DNA of 64,000 bases from an uncultured Spirochaetota bacterium (GCA_963783575.1 CAWAOD010000004.1:1-64000); one strand, 5' to 3'; shown: positions 28,051 through 39,663, numbered from the stretch's first letter. The notes: a model not told the origin generated them from the sequence alone. Translations and numbers: made by a program.

Positions 28051-30156
28051 ATGACCAAGATCGATGTTGAGAAATCAAAAAAAGCAGGTGATTATATCAG
28101 GTATCTGTCGCTTTTTAGCATAGAAAACGCCAAGTCCGGCCACCCCGGTTTACCGCTGGGTTGCGCAGATATAGGTGTTCTTCTTTACAGATATATTTTA
28201 AGGTATAATACGGCCGAACAAATATGGATAAACAGGGACCGCTTTATCTTATCGGCCGGACATGGCTCAATGTTCCTTTATTCACTTTTGCATTGCGCCG
28301 GTTACAAAATACGCCTTTCCGATCTTGCCAATTTCAGGCAGCTTGACAGCATCACTCCAGGCCACCCTGAATATGATCCCGAACTTGGGATTGAAACGAC
28401 AACCGGCCCGCTTGCCCAGGGTTTTGCGAACTCTGTCGGTGCTGCTATTGAGGGAAAAATGCTTGCCGCCAAGTTCAACCGCGAGAAATTTCCGATTTTT
28501 GATTATAATGTTTATACGCTGATGGGCGACGGCTGTAATATGGAAGGATTGAGCTATGAAGCCGGATCTCTTGCAGGCCATCTCGGACTTGACAATCTGA
28601 TAGCCATTTACGATTCGAATAAAATATCAATAGACGGTTCGACGGATATTACTTTTACCGAAGACGTGGGAAAAAGGTACGAAGCTTTCGGATGGTTTGT
28701 AGAGTATTGCGATGCCTGCGAAGTTGAAGATATGTTACAGAAGTTTAATAAGCTGAAATCCTTAAAAGGGAAGCCTAAAATATTAATTGTTAAAACCACC
28801 ATCGGATTCGGGCTGAACAAGTCAAAAGGAACTGCAAAGATCCATGGTTCAGCGGCGGGAATTGATGAAATAGTCTATTTTATCCAGAACTCCAGGGTAA
28901 AAAGGCTGTTTGAAAAAAATTACGGAAACGATATTGTTGAGAATTTTGATAAATTAAAAGAGCTTTGTTTAAAAAATATTTCTGAAAAAACATTGCCTGT
29001 TGAAAGTAAAGAAGATACCGCTTTCATACAGGAAAGCAATACGGAAAATAAAATCGTATACGATGCCTGGAAAAAGATGATGGAAGATTACCAAAAAATC
29101 TATCCTTCCGAGTTCAAGGAATTGAGCCGGTATCAAACCTCCCAGGTACCAACCACACTTAAAGAAAAACTTCTGCATTATAAAGAGGAAAAAGCCGATG
29201 CAACAAGGAATATTTCGGGAAGAGTACTCGGCATATGTGCCGATGAAATTCCGCAGATTGTCGGGGGGTCGGCCGATCTTGTCGAGTCTACAAAAGCAAC
29301 GGTAAAATCATCAAAATATATTACAAGAGACGATTTCAGCGGGAGGAATATCGCTTTCGGTGTCAGGGAGCATTCAATGGGCTCTATCTGCAACGGTCTT
29401 GCCCTCAGCGGCATGCTTTTACCATTTTCATCAACATTCTTTACCTTTTTTGATTATATGAAACCTTCGGTTCGCCTGTCTGCCATTATGAAAATCAAGC
29501 ATCTTTTTATTTTTACTCATGACTCGATATATGTCGGCGAGGATGGACCTACCCATCAGCCTATAGAGCATTTGAACGCTTTGCGTCTTATCCCCGGGAT
29601 TTACACATTCAGGCCTGCAAATGATGCCGAAACCGCATTTAGCTACCTGTATTATTTCGATGAAATGAAGGGACCGATGGCGCTTATTTGCTCGCGGCAG
29701 AATATGCCGGACAGCGCTTATAAGTTTGATAAAGACCGTAAGAAATATTATGGCGATTTTAAAAAGGGCGCTTATATTATTTACGAGACCGATAAAGATA
29801 CGAAACCCGGTATAATTCTTTCCGCTTCCGGATCGGAAGTCGGCCTGGCAATTGACTGCGCGAAACTTATTGAAGAGAGAAATAAATCCAATGTCAGGGT
29901 CGTCAGTATTCCCTGTCTTGAATTATTCAATGAGAGCGGCAAAAATTATAAAGATTCGATTCTTGGTAATGGAGATGTACCTCTTGTTTTCATTGAAACC
30001 GCTTCGCACAGGGGAGTGAGCCTCTTCTATGATAAAGCGATGACTTTAATTGACATAGAACAATTCGGATATTCAGGCCCCGGAAATAAAGTTGCCGCCA
30101 AGCTTGGTTTTACCCCTGACGGTATTTATGATAAAATCAAGGACCTTTTAAAATAA
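28051..30156 (+). CDS. tkt: Transketolase
   Basis: SGHPG, RDRFILSAGH, GDGCNMEG, GVREH, THDSIYVGEDGPTHQP. Confidence 0.96.
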   Translation: MTKIDVEKSKKAGDYIRYLSLFSIENAKSGHPGLPLGCADIGVLLYRYILRYNTAEQIWINRDRFILSAGHGSMFLYSLLHCAGYKIRLSDLANFRQLDSITPGHPEYDPELGIETTTGPLAQGFANSVGAAIEGKMLAAKFNREKFPIFDYNVYTLMGDGCNMEGLSYEAGSLAGHLGLDNLIAIYDSNKISIDGSTDITFTEDVGKRYEAFGWFVEYCDACEVEDMLQKFNKLKSLKGKPKILIVKTTIGFGLNKSKGTAKIHGSAAGIDEIVYFIQNSRVKRLFEKNYGNDIVENFDKLKELCLKNISEKTLPVESKEDTAFIQESNTENKIVYDAWKKMMEDYQKIYPSEFKELSRYQTSQVPTTLKEKLLHYKEEKADATRNISGRVLGICADEIPQIVGGSADLVESTKATVKSSKYITRDDFSGRNIAFGVREHSMGSICNGLALSGMLLPFSSTFFTFFDYMKPSVRLSAIMKIKHLFIFTHDSIYVGEDGPTHQPIEHLNALRLIPGIYTFRPANDAETAFSYLYYFDEMKGPMALICSRQNMPDSAYKFDKDRKKYYGDFKKGAYIIYETDKDTKPGIILSASGSEVGLAIDCAKLIEERNKSNVRVVSIPCLELFNESGKNYKDSILGNGDVPLVFIETASHRGVSLFYDKAMTLIDIEQFGYSGPGNKVAAKLGFTPDGIYDKIKDLLK

Positions 30157-30172
30157 TAATTCTGCAATATCA

Positions 30173-30208
30173 AAAAAAAAGCGCCGGTTAAAACCGGCGC
30201 TTTTTTTA
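30173..30208 (+). terminator. Rho-independent (bidirectional) terminator
   Basis: A-run, gcgccggtt-a-aaccggcgc stem, T-run. Confidence 0.9.
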
Positions 30209-30289
30209 TCAAACTGCCCAAAACTTTGTAAAAAAACTGTCGTTTGTATATACTTTTATTGAATTTATTTTTCTGGATTTGGAGGTCTT

Positions 30290-31786
30290 ATGCTTAAAGA
30301 AATCGATCTCTCGGTGAGACTTGAAGCCGCGGAATATAAAAAGATTATGCCTGACCTTGAATTGAGAATTGGCGAACTTCAGAGGCTTGCCAGGGATTTT
30401 AATATTCCGATCCTCATTATTTTTGAGGGCCTGGAAGCTAGCGGAAAAGGAACTCTTATCAATAAGCTCATCATGCCTCTTGACCCTAGAGGCTTTAAGG
30501 TATACTCAACCCTTCCTCCGAATAATGATGAAAAGCTGAGGCCTTTTTTATGGCGTTTCTGGATAAAAACTCCCGCGAAGGGGAGGATTGTTATATTTGA
30601 CAGGAGCTGGTACCAGAGACTTCTTATCGATCTCGCCGGAAAGATAATAAAAAAATATGACACCGCAGCATCCATTTATGATATAAAAGCATTTGAAAGG
30701 CAGTTAATTGAAAGCGGCTATCTTCTGATTAAATTCTGGCTCCATATCAGCAGGGAAGAACAGGCTTCCAGGCTTTTAAAACTGGAGGAGAAAAAATCGA
30801 CGGCATGGAGAGTCACAAAAGAAGACTGGGCTGTTAACCGTAAATATGAAAAATACCAAACTGCGATTGAAGAAATAATTGAGAAAACCGGGACATCTCA
30901 ATCTCCCTGGAATATAATCGAAGCTGATGACGAAAGATATGCAACGGTTAAAATATTCAATAAAACCATAGAAATTATTGAAAAAAGGATTAAAAACAAG
31001 GTTGAAAATGAGTTAGGCATGGATAATCATAATAAAGTAGCAGTTCAAAGAGCAGAAATAATTTCTTCATTTCTTGATAAAGTGGATTTATCCAGAAATG
31101 CGACAAAAGATGATTATGAAAAAAGGATTGGCAAATACCAGAAAAAATTCAGGGAAATCGAATATGAGATCTATACAAAAAGAATCCCGGTTATAATTGT
31201 CTTTGAAGGATGGGATGCGGCAGGTAAGGGCGGCTGTATTAAAAGACTGACCCGCAACCTTGACCCGAGAGGATATGAGGTTATCCCGGTCGGGCCTCCG
31301 GGAGATACAGATAAGACGCATCATTATTTGTGGCGTTTCTGGAATACAATCCCGAAAGGCGGGCATATCGGTATTTATGACCGCTCCTGGTACGGTAGGG
31401 TGCTTGTTGAAAGAGTTGAAAATCTTTGTTCCGCCCGTGACTGGAAAAGAGCATATAAAGAGATCAATGAGTTTGAGGAACACCTGTCAAACAGCGGTTA
31501 TGTGATTATAAAGTTCTGGCTTCATATTGATAAAGACGAACAGCTTAAAAGATTTCAGAGCAGGGAAAACGATCCCTACAAGAAATGGAAAATTACTGAT
31601 GAAGATTACCGGAATAGAAAATCCTGGGATCTATACTATCAGGCTGTGGATGAGATGATATACCGCACCGATACGATTCATGCGCCCTGGGTCATAGTTG
31701 AATCGAATTCCAAATATTATTCGAGATTAAAGGTTATGAAAACAGTGATAGAAACGGTACAGAACCGGATTAAACTGGGAAGTTAG
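30290..31786 (+). CDS. pap: Two-domain PPK2 (polyphosphate:AMP phosphotransferase)
   Basis: Tandem FEG..A.GKG, DPRG and DRSWY motifs. Confidence 0.88.
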   Translation: MLKEIDLSVRLEAAEYKKIMPDLELRIGELQRLARDFNIPILIIFEGLEASGKGTLINKLIMPLDPRGFKVYSTLPPNNDEKLRPFLWRFWIKTPAKGRIVIFDRSWYQRLLIDLAGKIIKKYDTAASIYDIKAFERQLIESGYLLIKFWLHISREEQASRLLKLEEKKSTAWRVTKEDWAVNRKYEKYQTAIEEIIEKTGTSQSPWNIIEADDERYATVKIFNKTIEIIEKRIKNKVENELGMDNHNKVAVQRAEIISSFLDKVDLSRNATKDDYEKRIGKYQKKFREIEYEIYTKRIPVIIVFEGWDAAGKGGCIKRLTRNLDPRGYEVIPVGPPGDTDKTHHYLWRFWNTIPKGGHIGIYDRSWYGRVLVERVENLCSARDWKRAYKEINEFEEHLSNSGYVIIKFWLHIDKDEQLKRFQSRENDPYKKWKITDEDYRNRKSWDLYYQAVDEMIYRTDTIHAPWVIVESNSKYYSRLKVMKTVIETVQNRIKLGS

Positions 31787-31887
31787 TCGGTCAATCATCA
31801 GTGAATTAGTCGAAAATCGATTAGTCAGATAGAGAATATCATCAGTTATCGGCTAGCCGGTTGACAAACTAATAAAGGAGGGATTAT

Positions 31888-32346
31888 ATGGAAATTAAAA
31901 TCACCAGCCCTGCTTTTTCAGAAGGTGGAATTATACCGGCAAATTATTCTTACAACCATGAAAATATATCCCCGCCGCTTGATTGGACAAACGTTCCGGC
32001 TGAAACTAAAAGCATTGCCCTGATCTGTAATGATCCCGACGCGCCTGGCGGATCATGGATCCATTGGGTAATTTATAACATTCCTGCCTGGACCGGAAGC
32101 CTGCCGGAAAAAATACCCCAGGGCAAAGTCCTGGAAAAAGGTATCAAGCAGGGCATTAATGATTTCCGGAACATAGGATATGACGGGCCATCTCCGCCAA
32201 GCGGCACTCACCGCTATGTGTTTACCATATACGCACTGGATATGCAGATTCCTCTAGAGGCAGGCGCAACTGAAGCCCAGCTGATAAAAGCTACGACCGG
32301 CCATATTCTTTCTCAAGGCCAGCTTACAGGTAAATACAAAAAATAA
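31888..32346 (+). CDS. YbhB/YbcL (PEBP/Raf kinase inhibitor-like) protein
   Basis: DPDAP..WIHW, GPSPPSGTHRY. Confidence 0.92.
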   Translation: MEIKITSPAFSEGGIIPANYSYNHENISPPLDWTNVPAETKSIALICNDPDAPGGSWIHWVIYNIPAWTGSLPEKIPQGKVLEKGIKQGINDFRNIGYDGPSPPSGTHRYVFTIYALDMQIPLEAGATEAQLIKATTGHILSQGQLTGKYKK

Positions 32347-32477
32347 AAGTATTGTTAAACAAATTATTTATTCAACAAACCTAAGGTAATTGTTCCCGGT
32401 CAAGCAGCCTGATAGTGAAATTTTTATCCGATGTTTCCTGATTTTTTTCAATTCCTGCCGATGATAAATTATAATAA

Positions 32478-34289
32478 ATGTATCAAAAATTAATTCGGAA
32501 AGGGATATTTATGCGGGAGAATCAAAAACTCAGCAGGACATATTGGTTCAGTTCTCTGATTATAGTGGTTGTATTGGGGATTTCACTCGGCACATTGTTT
32601 ATATTCAGTGAATTTATAGTATATACAGAAAGAATTAAAAACATTGAAAATTCATATTTGTCAAGCCGTGAATCAATGCTCCGCAGGGAAGCTGAAAGAA
32701 TAACCGAATTTATAAAAACTGAAGAAGAATTTGAAATAGTAAAGCATTCAATTGCAACCGATAAAGCTGAGGCAATTGCATATATAAAGAATATAAAATT
32801 CGATAATGGGGGCTATGTTTTTATCACCGATACAAACAGTAAAATTATCATACATCCTGAGGCTTACTTTATCGGTAAAAAACTTAATGAAATAACCGAT
32901 GACGGCGGTAAAAACATAGGTGATGAAATCCTTAAGACAGCCGGTAAAAAAAATGGAGGGTTCATTCAATATCAATGGAAAAGTGAAGATTTGAAAAAAT
33001 CATCATTACATCTTACTTATATTACAATGATCAGGGAATGGAACTGGATTGTAGGGGCAACTGTTCCGGTTGAATCGACGGATAAACTTATAAAACAAGA
33101 CAAAGCCTTATTAAATCAAAATATAATTGAAAGAATATTATTAATTATAACCATACTTGTTTTATTTATAATTATTGCAACAGTCTGGTTTTTTCAATTA
33201 TCGCAAAGGATTAAAAAAGAGCTGAATATATTCATCGAATTTTTTAAAAATTTATCCGGTACTCATAAGAATATAGATAAGAATGATCTGTCTTTCAGTG
33301 AAATACTGGAATTAGCGGATTACGCAAATCAGATGAATCATGATATACTTCAGAAAACCAGGATACTCAATAAAGAAATTCAGGAAAGAAGACAGATTCA
33401 GGAAGAATTGACAAAACTCTCTCAGGCGGTTCATCAGAGTCCGACAATAGTCATGATAACCGATTTAAAAGGCAGGATTGAATATGTCAATCCGAAGTTT
33501 ACGGAGATTACCGGGTTCAGTTATGAAGAAGCCGTCGGTAAGACTCCTGTTATACTCAATTCCGGTTTAAATCCTCCCGAATTCTACCAGGATATGTGGA
33601 AAACCATCCTCAGCGGAAAGGAATGGAAAGGCGAATTCTATAACAAGAAAAAAAACGGCGAACTATACTGGGAGATCGGCGCCATTTCGGCAATCCGAAA
33701 TACAAGGGGAAAAATTACACATTTTCTTAAAGTATCTGATGATCTGAGTGAAAGGAAACGTCTTGAACAGAATCTGGAGTATATGGCTCGTCATGATATG
33801 CTTACCGAACTGCCCAACAGGGTTCTATTCCATGACCGTTTAAATCTGGCAATAAAAAGGGCGCATAGAACGAAAAGAATTGTAGCAGTGCTGATTCTTG
33901 ACCTTGATAATTTTAAAACCGTCAATGATACACTCGGCCATGATGCCGGAGATGTTCTTTTAAAGTTGGCCGTAAAACGTTTTATAAAATATATCCGTGA
34001 AGGGGATACTGCGTCGAGAATGGGCGGCGACGAGTTCAATTTTATTATCAATGACCTGGCAACAATTGAAGACCTGAAAAAAATTGTGGTAAGAATGCTT
34101 GAATCATTCCGGAAACCTTTTATTATCCATGGGAATACGGTCAACATTACCGCAAGCATAGGAATTTCGCTCTATCCCGGAGACGGAGAAGATATAGAAA
34201 ACCTTGTCAAAAACTGCGATATTGCACTTTATCGTGTGAAGGAAAGCGGAAAGAACAATTACCGGTTTTTTAACAATTTTTACAATTGA
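32478..34289 (+). CDS. Diguanylate cyclase (Cache, TM, PAS, GGDEF)
   Basis: Periplasmic Cache, PAS (YVNPKFTEITG), HDMLTELPNR, SRMGGDEF. Confidence 0.92.
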   Translation: MYQKLIRKGIFMRENQKLSRTYWFSSLIIVVVLGISLGTLFIFSEFIVYTERIKNIENSYLSSRESMLRREAERITEFIKTEEEFEIVKHSIATDKAEAIAYIKNIKFDNGGYVFITDTNSKIIIHPEAYFIGKKLNEITDDGGKNIGDEILKTAGKKNGGFIQYQWKSEDLKKSSLHLTYITMIREWNWIVGATVPVESTDKLIKQDKALLNQNIIERILLIITILVLFIIIATVWFFQLSQRIKKELNIFIEFFKNLSGTHKNIDKNDLSFSEILELADYANQMNHDILQKTRILNKEIQERRQIQEELTKLSQAVHQSPTIVMITDLKGRIEYVNPKFTEITGFSYEEAVGKTPVILNSGLNPPEFYQDMWKTILSGKEWKGEFYNKKKNGELYWEIGAISAIRNTRGKITHFLKVSDDLSERKRLEQNLEYMARHDMLTELPNRVLFHDRLNLAIKRAHRTKRIVAVLILDLDNFKTVNDTLGHDAGDVLLKLAVKRFIKYIREGDTASRMGGDEFNFIINDLATIEDLKKIVVRMLESFRKPFIIHGNTVNITASIGISLYPGDGEDIENLVKNCDIALYRVKESGKNNYRFFNNFYN

Positions 34290-34449
34290 TGCACTTCATA
34301 GCTTCCATTCTTTCTGTAAAAAACACGAATTTCACGGAAAGGAAGTTGAGAAGGTTTATAAAAAAGAAAATAATGTTTGTTTAATATTATTGTTGACATA
34401 GTTATCTTCAATGCTTACAATTAATTTATATAAAATTTAGAGGATATTT

Positions 34450-34683
34450 ATGAAGGTATTGAATTACAGGATAATTTTACGGAAAGAACCGGAAGGAGGC
34501 TATACGGTTGTTGTTCCTTCCCTGCCCGGATGTGTTACTTACGGGAACAACATTGAGGAAGCGATAAAAATGTCAAAAGAAGCGATAGAACTTTATATTG
34601 AAAGCTTACATAATCATGGAGAAGAAATACCTTCGGAAGAAAACACCCTGGAATATAATGTAATGGTTGATACATATGTCTAA
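34450..34683 (+). CDS. hicB: HicB-family antitoxin (short)
   Basis: EGGYTVVVPSLPGCVTYG. Confidence 0.9.
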   Translation: MKVLNYRIILRKEPEGGYTVVVPSLPGCVTYGNNIEEAIKMSKEAIELYIESLHNHGEEIPSEENTLEYNVMVDTYV

Positions 34684-34891
34684 AATTCCGGCATTTGAGC
34701 CGTCTGAAATTATAAAGATATTAGAAAAAAATGGATTTATTCTCGACCGGACAAAAGGGAGCCATCATATTTACTACCACCCTGAAACTAAAAAGAGGGC
34801 AGTGGTACCGTTCCATAAAAAAGACCTGCCAAAAGGAACTTTACTCGAAATTTTAAAACAAGCAGGTTTAGATAAAGAAGATTTATTCTAA
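34676..34891 (+). CDS. hicA: HicA-family toxin
   Basis: GF...KGSH...VVPFH..LPKGTL..ILKQAG. Confidence 0.9.
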   Translation: MSKIPAFEPSEIIKILEKNGFILDRTKGSHHIYYHPETKKRAVVPFHKKDLPKGTLLEILKQAGLDKEDLF

Positions 34892-35082
34892 TGTGATACC
34901 CGCTTTACATAGAAAAATTTTTAATCAGAGCCGCTATACCTTTAGCATGCATTTTCATCCCATACAAATTCGCTCAATGTCTTTTGAAAAGATAAATTTG
35001 AATTAGCTTATATAATATGATATAATAATTATAATCTGATAACTGGCACTCACTGATAAAGTATTTTTATCATAATATTTTA

Positions 35083-35992
35083 TTGGAGGCCGTGATGAAG
35101 ATAGTATTTACACTTCTGATGATAATTTCCCTATCGCAAATTTATTCCCCCTGCTTTTCTGAAGAAAACAAAATTAGAATAGTAGTGTTTGACCTTGACG
35201 CTAAATCTTCCGAGATTTCTCAGGATGAGGTTGTGACATTAAGCGACTATATGCGGAACACGTTCATAAACACAGGTATTTTTGAGGTCATATCGCGGGA
35301 ACAATTAAATAAGGTGATTGAAGAAGAGAAACTCCAGATGACCGGATTGACTTCGGAATCAAACGCGATCGAGACTCGGTAAAATCCTGAACGTCAAGAA
35401 CGGCATAGCCGGAACCATCGGTAAATTCGGGGAAACATATGTAATAAATATACAACTGCTTGATCTGGAAACGGGTAAATATATAACCGCCGAATCTATA
35501 GAAGCGGAAAATAAAAAAGAGGCTTTGAAGCAGATTAAAGAGAAGGTCAGTATAATCGCTCAAAAGGTATCGGGGAAAACCCAGCCTGAAACCAATGTTA
35601 TAAAAGAGGAAAAGAAAAGTATCCCCATCGAAAAACCAAAACCTGTAATATCCGGCTTGAATATTTTCGGATACATCCTGATTATAGCGGGCGCCGGAGG
35701 TATCGGAACAGGGTATTATTTTGACACTTTAGCGGTAAATAATTTTAATGAAGCCAAAACTGATTATATGGCTTATACTAACGCGACATCCGATTCCGGC
35801 AGTAAATGGAACGCCTATAAATCCAAGCTGGATGAAACAGCGCAGGACCTGAATATCAGAAATATCTGCTACATATCGGGCGGTATCTCGGCAGGCCTCG
35901 GGATTATCTTTGCCCTTATTCCGTCAAATTTCGGGCAAAACACAGGAATTATCATTCTGCCTAATTATTTCGCGTTCAGATATAAATTCTAA
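35083..35992 (+). pseudogene. CsgG/HfaB-like exported protein with C-terminal membrane segments, frameshifted near 35374
   Basis: FEVISREQLNKVIEE frame continues as LGKILNVK..GTIGKFG into ORF 35525-35992. Confidence 0.7.
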
Positions 35993-36003
35993 GGGGGTAA
36001 AAT

Positions 36004-37497
36004 ATGCTTAAAAAATATATAATTTCCATTTTTATTGGGGCGGTTTTATTCATAAATTGCTGCAGCAATATTGATACGAACCAGTATTTGAGCAGTAACA
36101 GCAGCGTAAGCAATTATTCGACCCCGGTGAACAGCAGTTCGATTATATCTTCTTTAAGTTCATCTTTTAGTTCTCACAGTAGTTCAAGCACATCTTCAAG
36201 TTCTTCTTCAATTTTTCAATTCACAATCACAGCGAATGCCGGAGTAAACGGATCTATCAGTCCGAACGGCAGCGTTTCAGTAAATCAGGGTTCAAACCAG
36301 GGCTTCATTATAACACCCAATACAGGATATCAGGTTAGTAATGTAACTATTGACGGAATAAGCATGGGTGTTGTAACTTCATATACATTTACTAATGTGC
36401 AGATAAACCACAGTATCAACGCTATTTTCAAAATAATTCAATACACAATCACGGTGAGTGCTGGTGCAGGCGGCTCAATCAGTCCATCTGGCATTGTGAC
36501 TGTAAACTATGGTACAAACCAGAGCTTCACGATAACACCCAATAACGGCTATCAGGTTAGCAATGTAACGGTTGACGGAATAAGCTTGGGTACTGTAACT
36601 TCATATACATTTACCAATGTGCAGACAAACCGCAGCATCAGTGCGACATTTATAGTCGGTGATTACATTTCTGCTAACATTGGTACTTTAAAACCTATTC
36701 CCTCCGGCACCTTTCAGCGTGATTCCTCGGCTAGCGATATCAGTTCGGTATCAGCTTTCTATATGAGCAGATATGATATAACCAGGGCACAATATTCTAA
36801 TGTGATAGGGTCTGATCCTAGCCAAATAAGTTGTTCTACAGGTACCTCTGATCCGGTTCAAGAAGTTAACTGGTATATGGCTCTTGTATTCTGCAACAAA
36901 CTGAGTATGCTAGAAGGTTTGACACCGGTTTACACCATCAGCGGCAGTACTGATCCTACCACATGGGGAGCAATACCGACTTCAGAAAATGATGCAACTT
37001 GGGATGCTGTAACAGCAAATTGGAGTGCAAACGGTTACCGTCTGCCTACTGAGATGGAATATATGTGGGCGGATATGGGAGCCACAAATGATGCCCTTAG
37101 CGGCGATATAGTTGGGGGTGTCAATACAGGCGGTTACGCCAAGGGCTATGCGGGCAGTACAGAAGCGGGAGGCGCCCAAGTGAATATTACTAGCTATGCC
37201 TGGCTAGGTAACAATGCAAACAATACAACCCATCCTGTAGGGATTTTATTGCCTAACGAACTCGGTCTGTACGACATGAGTGGGAATGCATGGCATTGGT
37301 GCTGGGATTGGTATGCGGAATATCCCTCGGGATTACTTACGGATTATCGAGGCGCGGCTTCGAGTGTGTTCCGCGACTCACGCGGGGGCTGTTTTGCCGG
37401 CATTACGTCTACCGCTTCAGTTGCTAACCGTGCCGATACCTACCCATACTACCAGGATCGCGGTATCGGATTACGAGTTGTTCGCTCCTCTTTTTGA
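36004..37497 (+). CDS. Lipoprotein: Ser-rich linker, two InlB-B-like repeats, FGE-sulfatase/CLec domain
   Basis: LFINC lipobox; 74-aa tandem repeat; GYRLPTEME, NELGLYDMSGN, GLRVVR. Confidence 0.88.
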   Translation: MLKKYIISIFIGAVLFINCCSNIDTNQYLSSNSSVSNYSTPVNSSSIISSLSSSFSSHSSSSTSSSSSSIFQFTITANAGVNGSISPNGSVSVNQGSNQGFIITPNTGYQVSNVTIDGISMGVVTSYTFTNVQINHSINAIFKIIQYTITVSAGAGGSISPSGIVTVNYGTNQSFTITPNNGYQVSNVTVDGISLGTVTSYTFTNVQTNRSISATFIVGDYISANIGTLKPIPSGTFQRDSSASDISSVSAFYMSRYDITRAQYSNVIGSDPSQISCSTGTSDPVQEVNWYMALVFCNKLSMLEGLTPVYTISGSTDPTTWGAIPTSENDATWDAVTANWSANGYRLPTEMEYMWADMGATNDALSGDIVGGVNTGGYAKGYAGSTEAGGAQVNITSYAWLGNNANNTTHPVGILLPNELGLYDMSGNAWHWCWDWYAEYPSGLLTDYRGAASSVFRDSRGGCFAGITSTASVANRADTYPYYQDRGIGLRVVRSSF

Positions 37498-37937
37498 TAT
37501 AATTAAATATTATGTGATTGAGGAACTATCATTAGGTGAGTGGAATAAATTTTAAAATGCCTTGTGCCGGTGCCTTCGATACAAAATTTTGCTAAAGCAA
37601 AATTTCACTCAGGCATCGGAGGCTGGCGATTGAATTGCTACCCGCAGCATTAGCGCCATTTCTGATTTAGCTTTTATTTGGTTAAAAAGAAATCTCAATA
37701 GTAAAATTATTGTTATTCCTGTGAAATAAAAAAGTAAATGTTTAATTCATTTCACGGCAGGATGCCGTGACCGACGCATAAAGCCAGGGATGGCGACATA
37801 AGGAGGCTATTATAATTAGATTTCTTTAATTAAAAAACTTGAATAACAACACCTCGATACAGAAAGACAGCTTCACATGAAATGGCGTTAATGCGGAGGG
37901 GTGACTTTTCTTTTTGGTACTTTTTCTTTTGGTCAAT

Positions 37938-39663
37938 TTGTCTGTCGAAAAATCCGAAAATATGATATAATAGTTAGTTGCAAAATTAAAGAGGGGAAAG
38001 ACAATGGCGAGATATAAGAGAGGAAATCTAGACCAGGGAGAATTGTTAGCCATCAATTTGCAGGAACAATTCGATGAATACAGCCGTGAAGTCCTTCTAA
38101 AAAAGTTTGTGGCGAAATACATTGATATACAAAGGTTTGATAAATATTATTCCAATGATGAAACAGGGCGGAAAGGGAAACATCCTCAAGATGTTATATC
38201 TGCGATTCTCTATGGTTATTTGCAAGGAATCCATTCCAGCCGCAAGGTAGAAAATCTTCTCAGAACCCACATAGGATTTATGTATGTATCAAACCGTCTT
38301 AGCATAGATCATTCAAAGCTTTGCGATTTTAAAATCCAGTTTGATGATGAAATTACAAATCTGTTTGCGACAATTCTTTTTTTATTAAATAACATAGGAG
38401 AGATTGATTGGGATGTAGTTGTGGGGGACGGAACGAAAATCAAAGCCAATGCATCAAAGTCAAAGACGATGACCGGGGAAAGAGCCGACAAAGTGATGAG
38501 AACTTACCGCAAAATGGCAACCAAAGTAGTTAAAAGGAGTTTGGAGACGGATGAGAAACTAAATCGTGGTGAATTGGAAGAAGAAAAGTATATGGCTGAA
38601 AAAAAGTGTATAGAACGTCAGGAAAAGCTTTACAACAGAGTGATGGAACAGGTGGAAGTTTATCAAAAGATGCTTGAAGAAGAAAGATTAAAAGAAGGAG
38701 ACAAAACCATTACAGGTAAAGATCATTATAATTTAACCGATCCTGACAGCTCTCTTACATTGGGACCTGACAAGAGCGGATATATTCAGGGATATAATAT
38801 AAGAATGATGATCAGTAACAATGACATAATACTAAGCTGTGAAAACGATAAATTGAATGAGAAATACAGTGCGAAACCCATGATCGAGGAAGTGGAAAAG
38901 CTTAAAGAGGAATTGGGGGTAAAGCAGGAAAGTAAGTACCTGCTGGATTCGGGATTTCAAAATATGACGGACATTCTGGAAATGGAAGAAAAAGGATTGG
39001 ATTGCTATATTGATGTAAAAGAGAGAGATTTTGGGAAAGAGGTACAAAAGAGAAAGAATTTTGAAATCATAAAAGGTGATAACAGAGAGTATCGGTTAAA
39101 GTGTTGTGGTGGATTAAAAACAAAAGGATACATTGATGATAAAAGAGGCAAAATCCACTTTTTCTTTAACCGATCTCAATGTGAAGGATGCAATAAATAT
39201 CAGGAATGTTACTCAAGGATCAATCCAAAAAGAAATCAAAAGACTGTAAATTTCAATCTGTTTGAGTTAGAGAACAGAAAGGAAATCGACAGTTATCTGA
39301 ATAAATTGAGAAGCGATGAAGGACAAAAGATATACAGCAAGAGAATTGGAAAGGAACACAATTTTGCCAACCTTAAAACACAGAAAGATTTTTCTCAAAC
39401 CTATTATCGTGGAAAAGAAAAAGTAGAAATGGACTGGCTCTGGAATTCCACATCACATAATTTGGGAAAATATTTTCAGGCAGTAATATGTAAAGGATTG
39501 AGTATATGAGGATGATATAAAATGGTACAGGAGTGTAATTATGTAATTTAAGCTATAATAAATTGTATATGAGATTAATTTTCGGATATCCTAGAAATCA
39601 AATGTGATATCCGAATGTTATAGAAAATCGCTTTTTCTCTTTTTATAGTTTTTCGACAGACAA
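37938..39663 (+). mobile_element. IS1182-like element
   Basis: 15-bp IR ttgtctgtcgaaaaa; CAAT direct repeat. Confidence 0.9.
38004..39509 (+). CDS. IS1182-like transposase
   Basis: ILYGY..SSRKVE, GDGTKIKANAS, QGYN, LDSGF, EHNFANLK. Confidence 0.88.
   Translation: MARYKRGNLDQGELLAINLQEQFDEYSREVLLKKFVAKYIDIQRFDKYYSNDETGRKGKHPQDVISAILYGYLQGIHSSRKVENLLRTHIGFMYVSNRLSIDHSKLCDFKIQFDDEITNLFATILFLLNNIGEIDWDVVVGDGTKIKANASKSKTMTGERADKVMRTYRKMATKVVKRSLETDEKLNRGELEEEKYMAEKKCIERQEKLYNRVMEQVEVYQKMLEEERLKEGDKTITGKDHYNLTDPDSSLTLGPDKSGYIQGYNIRMMISNNDIILSCENDKLNEKYSAKPMIEEVEKLKEELGVKQESKYLLDSGFQNMTDILEMEEKGLDCYIDVKERDFGKEVQKRKNFEIIKGDNREYRLKCCGGLKTKGYIDDKRGKIHFFFNRSQCEGCNKYQECYSRINPKRNQKTVNFNLFELENRKEIDSYLNKLRSDEGQKIYSKRIGKEHNFANLKTQKDFSQTYYRGKEKVEMDWLWNSTSHNLGKYFQAVICKGLSI

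Noticed and set aside
37571..37616. DGR-type hairpin downstream of the FGE gene
   Set aside because: The loop is TAAA rather than GRNA, and the flanks (cttcga...ctcagg) match the REP-like family.
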